Below, piece by piece: positions 1 through 12,963 of a stretch of DNA of 64,000 nucleotides (positions within the stretch are counted from its first letter, which is position 1; each line of letters opens with the position of its first letter). The notes beneath the pieces were generated by a model that worked only from the letters and a program-made list of their open reading frames with translations, was not told the DNA's origin and ran no database searches. Where the stretch lies: NCBI GenBank assembly GCA_002269645.1, contig NIVC01000102.1:267950-331949 (forward strand), read 5' to 3'. The translations under genes and the position numbers were made by a program. The DNA is from Macrostomum lignano. Lineage: Eukaryota.

Positions 1-153
1 CACAAACTGTGGGGTGGGGAGGCCGGGGATGAGACAGCTTAGTCATGCTGTCTGTGCTTGGGAAAGGGGGCATGGGTGCACTGGGTACGCAGCAGACAGG
101 GTATCAAGCCTAGACAGGCTCTAACGTGTCACTCCTCGCTCACAGTCACAACA
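1..153 (-). repeat. 3' LTR (partial)
   Basis: Exact match to 4433-4585; on the minus strand it begins TGTTGTGAC directly after the PPT. Confidence 0.93.
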
Positions 154-170
154 ACCACCTTCCCCTCCCA
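154..170 (-). promoter_or_regulatory. Polypurine tract
   Basis: Minus strand TGGGAGGGGAAGGTGGT immediately upstream of the 3' LTR start. Confidence 0.85.
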
Positions 171-208
171 AAAGTCAATGTCAACGTCAAGTGTCACCCC
201 AACACCCC

Positions 209-3200
209 TCAGTAGGTGATCATGCCTCCGTAGCGGTCCGGCGGACCCGTGACCCGGCCGCTCCTCCGCACCTCGGGAGGCGCAGCGGCGGCGTCGGGCG
301 CGGCGGCATCCAGGCCGCCACCGGGCTGCGGAACGTCCGCCAGCTGGCCGCCATCGCCGCCCGTGTCAGGAGGTGCTCGCATCAGCGCCGTGACGTGCCA
401 CCGAGATCCGTCGTCGAGCTTGACGATAGTGGGGCTGCACATGCCGGCGACAGTTCTCGGCGTTGACATCCGGCTGGCCAGCTTGCCGCGTGCCTGCGGC
501 CGCCGAACGCGGACTTTCTCGCCCGGAGCGAACTGCGGTGGCTGGCCGCGGCCCCGGTTTCGTGCTGCCAGGCGCTTTCGCTGTCGCTCCTTGATAGTGT
601 CTGCTGCTGGATGCGACTGTGGTGGTTGGGTGGGCATCAGCGACGAGAGCGGCGTCGACATCTTTCTCCCCAGCATCAGCTCGGCCGGGGAGACGCCGGT
701 GAGCGCGTGAATTGTCGATCTGTAGGCCCACAGCAGCATCCAGATGGCGTCCTTGAACTCGTAGCCATCAGCCAGGTGGCTCTTAAGCCCCTCCTTCAGG
801 AAGCGATTGAGCCGCTCCACGCCGGAGTTGCCTTGCGGGTAGTAGGCTGGTGAGCGGCGGTGCTTGATGCCATTGCCGCTGAGGAACTGCTCGAACTCGT
901 CAGAGATGAACTGCGGCCCACCGTCCGTGTTGATGACCTTTGGCAGTCCCCACCTGGCGAACAAAGACTTCAGCACGCTGATCACTTGCGATGACGTGAC
1001 CGACGAGAGGCAGGAGAACTCTGGCCACTTTGAGTGCAGGTCGTGTACCACCAGGATGTAGCGGCACGTCTGGGGCGCCGGTGCCGTGAGTTCGCCGAAG
1101 ATGTCGATCTGTATCTCGCTCCACGGCTGGGATGGCCACCTTGTCGGGGTCAGCAGCACCTTTGGCGGCTTGAAAGATTTCTCGCTCACGGCGCAGGGCT
1201 CGCAATTTTTGACGAAGGATTCGACGTCGCGGTCGAAGTTTGGCCACCATACAGCTTCTCTGCAGTGCTGTTTCATCCGGCTGATGCCCATGTGTCCGAA
1301 GTGAGCCAGGTTGAGCACAGTCTCCTGCAGCGCCTGAGGAATGACCGCGCGCGTGCCCTTGGCCAGGCAGCTGCCGCTGTTCCATGTTGACAGCTCGTCG
1401 CGTACCCTCCAGTATGGCACCAGTGAGTCCGCCAGCTTCTTTGACGACTCAGGCCAGCCTTCTTGGACTTTCTGGAGCACCTGCTGAAGCAGTTCGTCGG
1501 CCTGGGTTGCGGCTGCCAACTGCTCCACGGACACCATACTAAGGGCTCCTGACAGCAGCACTGCATTGATGCCTATCTCGTCATCGTTCTTCACCGTCCC
1601 CTCCGCTGAGTGGCACCTGGACAGGAAGTCGGGCACGATGTTGCTCTTGCCTGCGATGTACTTGACGTCGAAGTCGTACGCCATCAGTCTGTCGGCCCAA
1701 CGATGGAGTCGCAGCGGCCTGTGCCCCGATGCCTGATCCGCTGAGCAGGGTAGTCAGAGCTCGATGGTCCGTCTGGAGCTCGAACTTTCGGCCGAACAGG
1801 AAGTAGTTCCACCGTTCACACGCGAAGATGCAGGCCAGAGCTTCTCGCTCTGACGCGGAGTACTTCCGTTCAGCGGGATTCAGGGTCCTGGAGGCGAAGG
1901 CGACAGGTCGACACTGGTCTTGATCATCCTCTTGGGCGAGTACTGCGCCTATCGCAGTAGCCGAGCTGTCACAAGCGACAACCGTCCGGTGCTTGGTGTC
2001 GAAGAACCTCAGGCATGGCGGCGACACGACCATCGACTTCAGGGTGTCGAAGGCCTGCTGTTGAATTGCCGTCCATTGCCACGGAACGTCCTTGCGCAGC
2101 AGCTGCATCAGCGGCTCCGCCACGGTTGACAGGTTGTCCAGAAAATTGCCGTAGAACTTGACCATTCCCAGGAGCGACGCCACTTCCTTCTGGCTGGTCG
2201 GGCACGGGATGCTGGTGATGGCCTCCACGTTGGACGCCATTGGACGAAGTCCGTCACCGCTGACTACGTAGCCGAGGAACTCGACGCTGTCCCTTGCCCA
2301 CTGACACTTCTCCAGGTTCAGTGTGATGTTGTGCTCCTTGAGCCGGTCAAGGACCGCAGTCACCGCTTTGTCGTGCTCGGCCCGTGTCACCGCATGCACG
2401 ACGATGTCGTCGATGTAGTGCACTACTCCCTTGACCTTCTCGAGCACCTTCGACAGCACCTTCTGGAAGGCCGCCGGCGCGCTGTTCATCCCGAAGCAGA
2501 CGCGGGTGTACCTATAGAGCCCTTCGTCCGTGATGAAGGTCGTCAGGTTGCGAGACTCTTCTGCGAGTTCCAGCTGCAGGTATGACGAGTTGAGGTCCAG
2601 CTTCGTGAAGATCTTGGAGCCGGCGAACTCCGCAGACAGCTGCTCGAATGTCGGAAGGGGGTGTTTATCCGGCACGATTGCCTTGTTAGGGTTCCTGAGG
2701 TCGTTGCACATCCTCAGCGATCCGTTCGGCTTTGGTACGACCACCAGGTTCGACACCCACTCCGACGCGTGCACCTCCTCGATGACGCCTTCGGCCAGCA
2801 GCTTGTGGATCTCCTTCTTGACTGGCTCCTTGAGACTAAGCGGCACCTTCCTTAGAGGCTGTGCCACAGGTGTCACGGCGGGGTTCACCTTGGGCTTGTG
2901 AACGAAGCCTTTGATTTTGCCGAGGCCTTCGCCCACGTTGCTGAATCGGCCCGGCAGCCATGTCGGCAGGCTGCTGGCTTGGACCTTACGCACTGGCTCT
3001 CCCTCGCGGCTCACCAGTTGGAACTTCAGCTTGCTCATAAGATCCGTTCCCATAATGTTGGATCCTTGCTTGACCACTACGATGGACACATTAGGCACTC
3101 GCAGCTCCTTGTACTCGACGGGCAGAACCATCTCGCCCATCACGTGGATGCTGCCGCCGTTGAAGGCCGTCAGCTTCTTCGTCGATGTCTGAAGCTTGAC

Positions 3201-4188
3201 GTGGCTGAAGTGACGATTGTAGGAGGCCTGTGATACGATGGTGACCCGTGATCCGGTGTCCACCAACAGCTTCAGCGGTGTGTCTCCAAGCTTCACTTCG
3301 CAGTGCGTCTCGAAGCCGTCTCCAGGTTGCACTGTCGACACAGTCACCTCCTCGTTGACGCCTCGGACTTTACCTGCTGACCTGCAGACTCGCTGAAAGT
3401 TGTTGAGCTTGCCACAGGCTCGACACTTCTGCCCTTGAGCTGGGCACTTGGAGCCCACTTCATGGCTTGCTTGGCCGCATTTGCCACAGCCCGCTGATGC
3501 CATTGCGCGTGGTTTCGGCTTGTAGCTCGTCTTGGCTGGGGCATGGTGCTGCCGCTTGACTTGGCCCACTCCGATCGGGCTGTCGGACGTTGGGTTGCTG
3601 CGCAGCGAGCTTGCCTCTCGCATGCCTGTCTCCAGCTGCTGAGCCAGCTCCACGGCTGTGCTCAGGGTGAGCTTCTCCTCGATGAGCAGCCTCTCGCGGA
3701 TCTTGTCGCTGTGAGTCTTTTCCACCAGCTGGTCTCGTAGCATCTCGTCTTTGAAGGCACCGAAGTCACACCTTGTCGACAGAGCTTGCAGAGCCGCCAC
3801 GTTAGTCAGCCACCGACTCTCCAGGTCGCTGTGCCCTCTGTCGGAAGCGGTACCTCTCTGCGACAACATTTATCCGGGTGGCGAAATGCTTCTCGAGTAG
3901 CTCTTCCGTTGCCTCCAGTGTATCCGGGAGCGGCTGCTGCAGGGCCAGGTATATACGCTGCCCTTCCGTGCCTAAGCAGTGCACAAGCAGAGCCTGCTTA
4001 CGTTTATCAGACAACTTGTCCATGCCTGACGCAAGCATGTAGTTGTCAAACATGGCTTTCCAGTTTTCCCAACGTAGGGGAGGCTGTCCCGGACTCGGAA
4101 GGAATGGAGATGGCAAAGCAATGCTGATTTTTGGCTCTCCGGACATTTCAGGGTCAGTTGATGCAGAATTCTTTGCTCCGTCAGGCAT
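209..4188 (-). CDS. Gag-Pol polyprotein, broken by two 1-nt insertions (~3803 and 1724-1727)
   Basis: Gag (WENWKAMFDNY; Cys/His knuckles CGKCGQASH..CPAQGQKCRAC), protease LVDTGS, RT YIDDI, RNase H CDSS..IGAVL, integrase HMGISRMK..C..C, IDIFG, TDGGPQF, GNSGVER. Removing one A (gac-taac) and one G (gggg) joins the three ORFs. Confidence 0.88.
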
Positions 4189-4194
4189 TTGTAG

Positions 4195-4212
4195 ATCCTG
4201 CTTGCGACGCCA
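4195..4212 (-). promoter_or_regulatory. Primer binding site, probably tRNA-Ser
   Basis: Minus strand TGGCGTCGCAAGCAGGAT lies 4 nt after the LTR end. It is complementary to a tRNA 3' end (..ATCCTG..GACG-CCA) resembling tRNA-Ser, the primer typical of Mag elements. Confidence 0.7.
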
Positions 4213-4216
4213 AGTT

Positions 4217-4585
4217 TGTTCTAACTGCCCTGTGGTGTCACTGGCTGACAAAGAAGTGCAAGTCTATAGACTGATAGATTTATAGCACACTTGGCACTCT
4301 TAACGCTTAGCCCCTCATCTGAGCGGGCCTGTGTATTTAACCAAACAGTTTCTCATACCACCTCAACGCGGGGCCTTAGATTGGCTCACAGGAGAGACCG
4401 GGTAAGACACCGGCACATAGACATTACTCACACACAAACTGTGGGGTGGGGAGGCCGGGGATGAGACAGCTTAGTCATGCTGTCTGTGCTTGGGAAAGGG
4501 GGCATGGGTGCACTGGGTACGCAGCAGACAGGGTATCAAGCCTAGACAGGCTCTAACGTGTCACTCCTCGCTCACAGTCACAACA
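4217..4585 (-). repeat. 5' LTR (~369 bp)
   Basis: TGTT...AACA termini, adjacent to the PBS; the distal 153 bp are identical to the window start. Confidence 0.85.
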
Positions 4586-5912
4586 CAACCAAAGTAGAGA
4601 ACTCTGCCTCATGATTTGTAACGCACTAAGAGAAGAGTTTGCAACAAAAGACACCCTCCGTGGAAAAGACTTCAGGCGGACGGAATCAAGATTTGTCATG
4701 AGCTCCCAGGAGGCCAAAAAAGGGAGACACAGACCTCACCGAGGCCGCGAGGAAGGCCATTGAGGAGGTCGTCAACGCCGAACTTAAAATCTACACCGAT
4801 GGCTCAGTCAGCGGTGAAGGTAGAAACGGCGGTGCGGCGTGCAAGGACAACTTAAGCAGAAGGACGCAACACTCGAAATCTATGGTAAATGTTTAGAAGG
4901 CAACTTTTCGCCGAAAATTATACTACAGAGATATAGGAGGCTTTAATTTTTTCAGCACAAATATTGTTATTGCTTGTGATAGGAGGCAGATCCAGTGTTC
5001 ATCTTTTGATATGTTGTGCCTTTCTTATTGCTCTATCGATAGTCATAAAGTTTTTCGTTCAGAAATAGTTTTAAAGGCAGATTTCATTGGAAAAATACAC
5101 TACAGAGATAGGAAATTTCACGATTATCAACACTAAAACAGTGATTGGGTCTCTTAGCAGTGTCAGAGAAAGTTCTAATCACTCTATTTTGTGCCTCACA
5201 TCCTGCTCTAACGACTCATTAATCGATTTTTCTTGTTAAATTGGTCTTGTTATTATTTTAAACGTTTTTTCAAGTGTACGTGTTTTTCTCGTTTCTGCTG
5301 GCTCCTGACCCCTCACGGATGAACCAATCCTGTCTTAAGCCATATTGGGGAACTCCTAAAAGAGCACAGTCAAAACTCCTCTCAGAAAATCAAATTAGGA
5401 AAATTACGCCGCTTCAGAAACCTGTTTACGAGGAGAATACGTGTGTTTAGATTCGACAAAGATTTTGTAATATCCTAATGTCATGCTGAGGTGTTGTGTG
5501 TTGAAATTAAATGTTCTAGCTGAAGTATCTAGCTTTATGAATATCGATAGAGCAATAAGAAAGGCACAGCATATCACAAGATGAACACTGGATCTGCCTC
5601 CTAACAAAAGCAATAACAATATTTGTGCTGAAAAAATTAAAGCCTCCTATCTCTGTAGTGTATTTTTCGGCAAAAAGTTGCCTTCAAAACATTTACCATA
5701 GATTTCAAGTGTAACGTCCTATATATGCTACTGAGTAGTCCTTAGCGGCGTGTAAAGCTTACAGCTACGAACTCACCATCTCGAGGACTGCAGCTCGCTA
5801 AGGGCTGAAAGAAAAGCTTTGCACCTAGCCATGGACGTGATAGAAGAACACACCCCAAAATCTGCCACTATCCTGACGGACAGCAAAGCGTTACTCCTCA
5901 CACTAGCCTGCT
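4586..5912 (+). pseudogene. Decayed non-LTR (LINE) RNase H fragment, split by a MITE
   Basis: IYTDGSVSGEGRNGGAAC at ~4790-4841 and CSSLRAERKALHLAMDV...ILTDSKALL at ~5789-5910 are the halves of a LINE-type RNase H. Confidence 0.7.
4842..5744. mobile_element. Non-autonomous DNA transposon (MITE), long TIRs, 8-bp TSD
   Basis: ~4842-5050 is the reverse complement of ~5533-5744; GCGGCGTG is duplicated at 4834-4841 and 5745-5752; no coding capacity. Confidence 0.85.
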
Positions 5913-6291
5913 AGCCTGAAGAACGGCTTTTCCGAACGACACACACAAACACACACAACAACAACAGAAACAAAAGCAACAATAACAACAAAACTCAAAA
6001 CAACAACAGAAAAGACACAGAAACAAAAACAAAAGCCACTCAAATTTGATAGGCCAAACAGTCGTCCTCCGTCTGACCTCTCATTAACGCGAGAAAAATC
6101 CCCAATCTGTCAATATACCAGGTACTTTCTTTTTTGCTTGTTTTTTTAAGCAACCGGTAGCTTACTTTTTGTTTTTTTTTGTAAATTATCTGATAGCTAT
6201 TCCAACATTGTGTCACCATAAATAACAATCCCCTATATGTGCATACATCAAACTTCTTCTCCTCACAGTCACTGAAGGTGGTCACCCAATC

Positions 6292-9200
6292 ATGGCTGAC
6301 CCCCAGCTCTCAGAGCCACAGGTGGAACCTGACGATTCTAACCGGGCCGATCTCGCATTCTTCTCGAATGGAGAGCGCGAAGTTGAGTCGAGAAATCAAC
6401 AGCAAACCGATCCTAAAGAGGACACAGACAACTCTAATAATCAATCAGCAACGACGGTGCTGTCAGAAGATGACCGGCACCAACTGATTAAACTGACAAA
6501 AGCAGGCAAGTTTGAAGAGGCAAAACAAGTTATATCTCACTTACAAGACAAATTTATGCCTATTATTCCGGAGCGCGAATCCCTCCGAACAGCGACGCAC
6601 TATGCAGCAATGAGCGAGGAGGGAGCCGCGCTGTTGCAGGATTTGAAAGCCCTGGACGGTGCCAGCTGCTTGTCGAGAGCCGACCGTAAAGGCACTACAT
6701 CGCTCCATTTGGCGGCGCAGTTTTTATCGAAGGAGACTTGGCTGAGAACTATAAAACCGCTGGTAACGGCTAGTGATTTAAGGAAAAAAGACGATAAGTG
6801 GGACACCTGCGCTCACATCGCGGCTCGCGACAACTCCGTGGACGATGGAGTCATTCTTGAGATAGTTGACGCCCTCGGAGACAGATGCCTGGAGGTCCTG
6901 AATCGGAAGGGCGAGACGCCGCTGCAGCTGGCAATGAAGCACTGCGGTCCGGAATCAGCAGAGGCTCTGTTGCAAAAGTTTGATCTGAAGGTGCTTCAAG
7001 ACACAACAGATGACGAGGGCAACACATTAGCCCACTTTGCGGCAAAAAATCCGAAGGACATTTTGTTAGTTTTCGATAATCGATTGCGCGAATTACGCGG
7101 AGATCCGAATCCTGATTCAGATTCAGATTCGTGTCTTTACTGGACAAACAACAACGGCGAGACTGTTTTGCAAATTGCGCTTGAGTGCTGCTCGGTTCCA
7201 ACTGCTCAAAAGCTTCTGCAGAGAGCCGCTAAATCGGAAGCAATTCAGCAGAGAGATTCGGCTGGAAACACCTGTCTGCATATCGCAGCAATGTCCAGTG
7301 GGCGGCAGGAACTCCTGCTTACAGCAGTAAAACTTCATAAGCCGCTGGGTCCCGAATGCCTCGCTTGGAAAAATCAGGCTGGCGATTCGGTGCTGCACGT
7401 CTCACTGGAAAATTGCCCTCAAGATGATAAAGCACTTACGAAACTCTTAGCTAAACTAATATCGAAATCTACTAAGGATATTTTGTCGCAAACTGATGCG
7501 GCTGGCAACAGCTGCCTGCACATTGCTGCCAGAAGAAGCGACAAGTTGGCCCTGTTGTCTAAGGCTAAGAAAGTGTGCGGCAAGAGCTACGTCTACTGGC
7601 AGAACAGCCGACTCCAGTCGGTTCTGTTCTTTGCAATCGGCGTTGTCTCCGCGAAGCAATTGAAAGCTGCGGTGCACCAAAGCAGCCTCAAAGATGTATT
7701 CGGTAACACGGCACTTCACTATTTGCTTCAAGGCTACGGATCTGAAACCAACGGGCTCAGTTTGCTGGATTCTGTCAGCGACATCCTTGATAAAATCAAG
7801 GTCCTGATTGGCATGGGCATTGAGCCAAAAGAAGAGAATAAAATGGGACAGAACTTCCTACATTGGGCTCAGCTTGAGACCGATGTGCTCAGGGAGCTTC
7901 TAAAAGCGTTCGCGACCAACAAAACGTTTGATTTTAGATACCTTTTTAAGCAAGTAGAGTTCGGATCAAATGGGCTTCACTTAGTTCACACTTACTCAAG
8001 AAAGTACAACTTAGAGGAGTTAATCCCGCCAATAGCAGAGCTTTCAGGTATGAAAGAAAACGAACTGTTAAGCCTGACAGTTTCAAAAGGAGCCAACAAA
8101 GACGCCACTTGTTTGCACTTTGCCTGCGAGGGTGGAAAAAAAAGAAACGTTCAATACTTGCTCGAGAAAGAACAGAAGCTCAAGAAGTTTACAGAATCCG
8201 GCATGTCCTGCATCGACTTTGCCATTGACAGAGGCTGGCTAAAAGAAATTTGGGCCATCTATGTGGAATACGAGACTACAAGAACGGAAACAAGCGATTT
8301 TAAATCGGAAGTCAACACCGCCAGAATAAAGCTATTGCGCCTCATCGATCCGGCGCGAAGAGCTCTCAGACTTCCAGATCGAGTGACAGCCCAGAGGAAC
8401 CTGGCATCCATTTTAGACCATTACTTCGCTCAGAAGTCGGAGGAACCCACGTTTTCTAGTAAAGATCGAGGCCTGCACATTCTGGAGCGAGCTATAGAGC
8501 TAAACTCGACCAAGATTTATCGCAGCGCTTTAAGAATGAACTTTGTTCACGCAGTCACTGAGACTCGACTACCAGCATTTCTGTTTCAGAGAAATAACTC
8601 ACCAAGTGCGATAGGAATTTCCCGGCAGGGAGAAAGTTCTGGACCATATAAATTGATCCAGGCTTCCTCTGAAATGTCTGTAATCGACATAGTCTCATTA
8701 TACTATAGTCATTATGACGAAATCCTACCCGACTTGATTCTCACTCGACAGTTCGAACTGATTCCGGCTAGCATTGGTCTTCTTATTCTGCTGGGTCCAG
8801 AAATTGAGAAGCTGCGCTCCGAGGCCCGTGGAAAACATGCTCGGCTGCAGGAGCTGCACACGAGGGTGCTCAACATCGCCGTGAATGCACTCGATGAGTT
8901 GTTTGCTAGCGCCAGTAAAACTGAAAAAACGTTGCTATTTGATTACCTTCAGGGTCAGATTGTTGGCGATGACGGTGCTCTGGGTCCAAAGTTTCCTTTC
9001 AGAAACTTCGACAAAGAAATCAGATACGGCTCAGTGCTGAAAATGATCGAAGAAGCGGACTGCAACGAGTTATTTGCCACAGACTGCATCTACAGCTTTG
9101 TGCAGGAGGAGTGGAAAAGGGGACGGAGACCATGCCAATGTTGCACAGACTCTAATGGCTCAACCAATGCCACTGAAAAGGTCAAAGTCAGTGAAAATCA

Positions 9201-10677
9201 GCAGACGCCTAGCTCAGATGAAAGCAAATACCAACAACATGGTGCTGCGGTGCCCAGTGACAAAGCAAGCGCTGAAAGCTCCTGCTGGGGCAAATTTAAC
9301 TCTCCTAAAGCGAAGTTTATTGGCCATTACACATCATTCTCTTTTCTGATGGTATACTTTATCTGGTATACGGTGGACTTTAAGCAAAGTTTTTCCACTG
9401 CCTTATCAGACATTCCAATTGTTCTTTATTTCTTGTCCTTTTTGCTTCAAGAAATCGCCGACATCTACAGAAGGAGGAAGCGACGTCAATACTTTGTTTG
9501 CGACGCTTTTTTTCTACGATTGCCGAGGTACTTCAAAGACGTGCTGAACTTTCTCGACTGGTTCGCCATGATTTTTGTTTTCGTTGGCCTTATTTTAAAG
9601 TGGATTCTTCTCACCGAGTCGCGCAAGCTGCACGATGCCTATCCCTGCCAAGTGGTCTTTAGTGTTGCATTCGGTCTGCTGATGTTTCGGTCGGTGCACT
9701 TCCTTAGCCTATCGGCCGTTATTGGTCCCGTGGTTGCGATGCTGTGGAGCCTCCTGTTTAACGACTTAGTGCCTTTTTTGGCTATCATCGGAGTCATCAT
9801 CGGCGCTTTCGGAGTATTTTTCTTCAATTTGCTGTTCTCGATCACAGGAGTGGACACTCGATCAGCTTACTACAACAGCTCGTGGTACGGCTGGGATACA
9901 TTTGTGCAAGCGATCACTCTGCCATTCAATATTTTGTTCACCAACTTCGACAAGGTTATCTTTGACAAGTCTCTAACGAACATTACTATTGGAAAGGTGG
10001 CCCACAGTCAAGGAATCGGGGTGTTTGAGAACCTGATGATGTTCTTGTTCATGGGACTCGTCAACATTGTAATGTTGAACCTGCTGATTGCTTTGTTTAA
10101 CCTTCGAGTCAGCCGCATGGCCAACGAAGCTCTGGGGATTTGGAGAAAGACTTACTTTGGCATGTTGCGCGAGTACCAGGGCCTGAGTCCGTGGCCACCG
10201 CCGCTATCGTTCATCTGGTTCATCTACGATTTTGTTCGGGGTTCTTGCAAGTGTCGGAAGGGTCGAAAGTTCGTAAGAGTTACTCAGGAGGTAGGTGGTC
10301 GTTGCATTTTTAGTGTTTAAGGAGTATTATATAATAAAAAGTGGATTTGGCGGGGACTTTTACAGAAAGCGCACTGGTGGCAAGACGAAAGTAAATATCC
10401 GGAGAACTACATGAAGTTTCTAGAGTTCCAGGCCAATCAATTACGTCGAATTCGACCTCGCCTTCTGTTGTCCAACTTTGGTTCGAACAACCAGCAGGAC
10501 GAACTGGCCGAGCTCACCGAGGCCACTGGAGCTCAGCTCGCCGACGTGCGCACAGAGCTACAAGAAGCTCGTCAAGGAACGCCGGCGGACGATCTGACGA
10601 GCCAGCGACTTAAAGCTGTCGAAGATCAAACTCGTGAGATTCACGCTATGCTTCAGAGTTTGGTCAGGAAAAAGTAA
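6292..10677 (+). CDS. Ankyrin-repeat TRP cation channel, TRPM-like channel region; exons 6292-10290 and 10366-10677; ~1436 aa
   Basis: Multiple ankyrin motifs (GTTSLHLAA, GETPLQLAM, GNTCLHIAA, GNTALHY), six hydrophobic segments, S6 NIVMLNLLIALFN, TRP-box-like WRKTYFGMLREY..PWPPPL. A phase-0 GTAGGT..TTTTACAG intron (10291-10365) joins the 10411 ORF, which encodes a coiled-coil-like tail. Confidence 0.88.
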
Positions 10678-11862
10678 CCACATCGAAATAATAGTGTGCA
10701 GTAGTGGATTGAAAAACTTTTTCAAATATTTTAATGCTTCACTATCAGAAAGAAAATTTTTGATAGAGTTGTCTGGACGATTTAACTACATTGCTCAGTT
10801 TCAAAAAGGACAATATAATAAACCTCTCAACTTTGTTTTTCAATATCTAGCAAACGTTTTTATAGCTTGGTTACATGCACTCGTAAGGAAGCAGGTTCTT
10901 AACAGTTTTTTTATTCCATTGATGACAGATGCTTGGAACACGATCAGCAACAAAAATGCTATCGTAGTTTCAACTAGAACGACTTTCGTAAAAAAAAGGC
11001 TGGCCCTAGGCGAAAATACGGAACTATAGCTAGTGCTTATTGCTACACTACCGTATTAGTAACTTTTCATGTACGACTCTGCTATAGTAAGATATTTAGA
11101 CTTTTTGGTTTGGTTTTTTATGGTTTTTTAAGCGATTTAGATTTTTGTTAATCTTAGCCTATACAGCTAGTTTCTCTATCACGCTTTACAAAATATTTAA
11201 CTGTTCACTTATCAACGCACAAAATCTGCAGTGTACTCCGTAATCTACGAGCGTATACCGTTTGTTTAATCATAACAAATGTATTTTTTAACAGTAGTGA
11301 ATGCAATATTAACTGGTAAATAAACAGATCTCCAGGCTTATAAATGCTTTAATTTTTAAGAAATTATTAAACATCTAACTAAGCTCTCACTTTTAAATCA
11401 CTGGCTTTCCTGTATCTTCATTGTTAGTTGCAGTACATATACTAGTATCAAAATTGAATTCTTTTCTTTGCACAATATGCGAATTTTTCGTTGTGTTCCA
11501 ATTTATCTCATCTTATGCATCGTTGACGCTTGTCTTATTACTAAGACGCTCTTAAAGTGGAAAACTATCAATTATCTAAGCAACAAAAATATATTGCTTA
11601 CTTGCTGGTAATAACTTCAGCAAAGCTTTTTTATGTGCTCTTAGATAAATAATTTTGTTGATATTTCGCCTCTTGAAGTGTTCGATACTTCGATAAATTT
11701 TGTGTTACCGTTCGTTGGGGGAGGGCTGTCTGTGCTCTCGCAAGTGGCCCCGCTTCAACCAATGCGAACAAAATTCTATAGAATTCGTTTCTGTGGACCC
11801 AACTGTACATGTATGTCTCAAGGACTACTTAAGTACATACGTTACTTTAGTCGTCCTTGCAG

Positions 11863-12008
11863 GAAAGATGAGGAGCGGAGGCTGTGGGCGAGGGCGAGGC
11901 TGCGGCGAGACGGGACCGACTTGGGTCGACTGGTTACCATGGAAACTGCATCGGAGCAGAGAGACAGTTTGGACTCACGCCAAGCTCAGTCGGATGAGGC
12001 TGCAGTGA
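11863..12008 (+). other. Orphan copy of the 3' tail of ANK-cGLR copies 1 and 3
   Basis: Aligns by eye with ~21185-21332 and ~55433-55577 (DEERRLWARARLRRD..METAxEQR); preceded by ccttgcag. Confidence 0.75.
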
Positions 12009-12963
12009 CTCAAATTAAGGATAATTAGGTAAATAGGTAAATTTTTAATTTTAAATTTTAATTTTAAATAGGTTATTACCTATTAAATAAGTAGGTAAAT
12101 TGCTGGGCTTCCCTGTCTCTTAGTAGGGACCCTCGTCTCTTGGTTGGCGCCCCTACCACAATCCCCTGTGCAGGTGGATTTCATGTCCAAGAGGTCAAAA
12201 ATTGAGTTCCTATCATTATTTTAGCTTGTTTAACCTCTATTTTTCATTGATAATTATTTGACAGAAACAGTGACCACACGTCAGTCACTTAAACAATCAC
12301 AAAGTTTCAGTGTGCCGAAAAGACTTGTCAGCCACTTCGTTGGCATAAAGCTTTATGATTTTGCAATGTAAAATTCTGGGATTGCAAAGTCTTGAGCTTT
12401 TGAAGTCGATTCTTACAGTAGCTTAATCTATTATGAAAAATAGTTTTCAATGAAACGTGACTGAAAACTGTAGCACTTGTATCTGCGGTTGCCTCATGTC
12501 AGAGTCATTTGACCATGTGCCGGCGTTCTGCGGTGAGTGATGCAAGGGGCTCTGCCTGTTGAATCAGCTCACAGCGACTTCGAAGCCACCCAATGACCTC
12601 TGTTCATGCTTTCTGTCTTTTGCGATAAAATAATCCCATCTTTAATAACCACAGCTGACTTTGTTCTGATTCTAAATTATAAGTAGCAGCCGATTGCTGC
12701 TCTGCTGCAGAAAACAAAAAAAATTAAAGCTTTTTAATATTACTACTGTAGCTAGGAAACCAATTTCCAGGTGTAAGTCTATTTCAGCCTCGCATGAGCA
12801 GGTAAAAAACACTTTTATACCCTAAGTGATTTATAAAAAAGAGAAATTTAAATCCTAATCCTAGGGTTTTAGTCTGTTCATTAGGGCGGGACAGTCACCA
12901 TGTTCTTCCAGGGCTTCTGGTCCTCATTGTATTACCCACCTGGTACTAATTTTTCTCAACTTT

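Larger units (their letters stand above)
1..4585 (-). mobile_element. Ty3/Gypsy (Mag-like) LTR retrotransposon, left end truncated by the window edge
   Basis: 1-153 is identical to 4433-4585 (LTR pair). Internal gag-PR-RT-RH-IN order, a tRNA PBS and a PPT are all present. Confidence 0.95.

Noticed and set aside
3790-3870. Programmed gag-pol ribosomal frameshift
   Set aside because: The break falls inside conserved gag (expected GESVADYVAAL) and is explained by one extra base; I saw no slippery heptamer.
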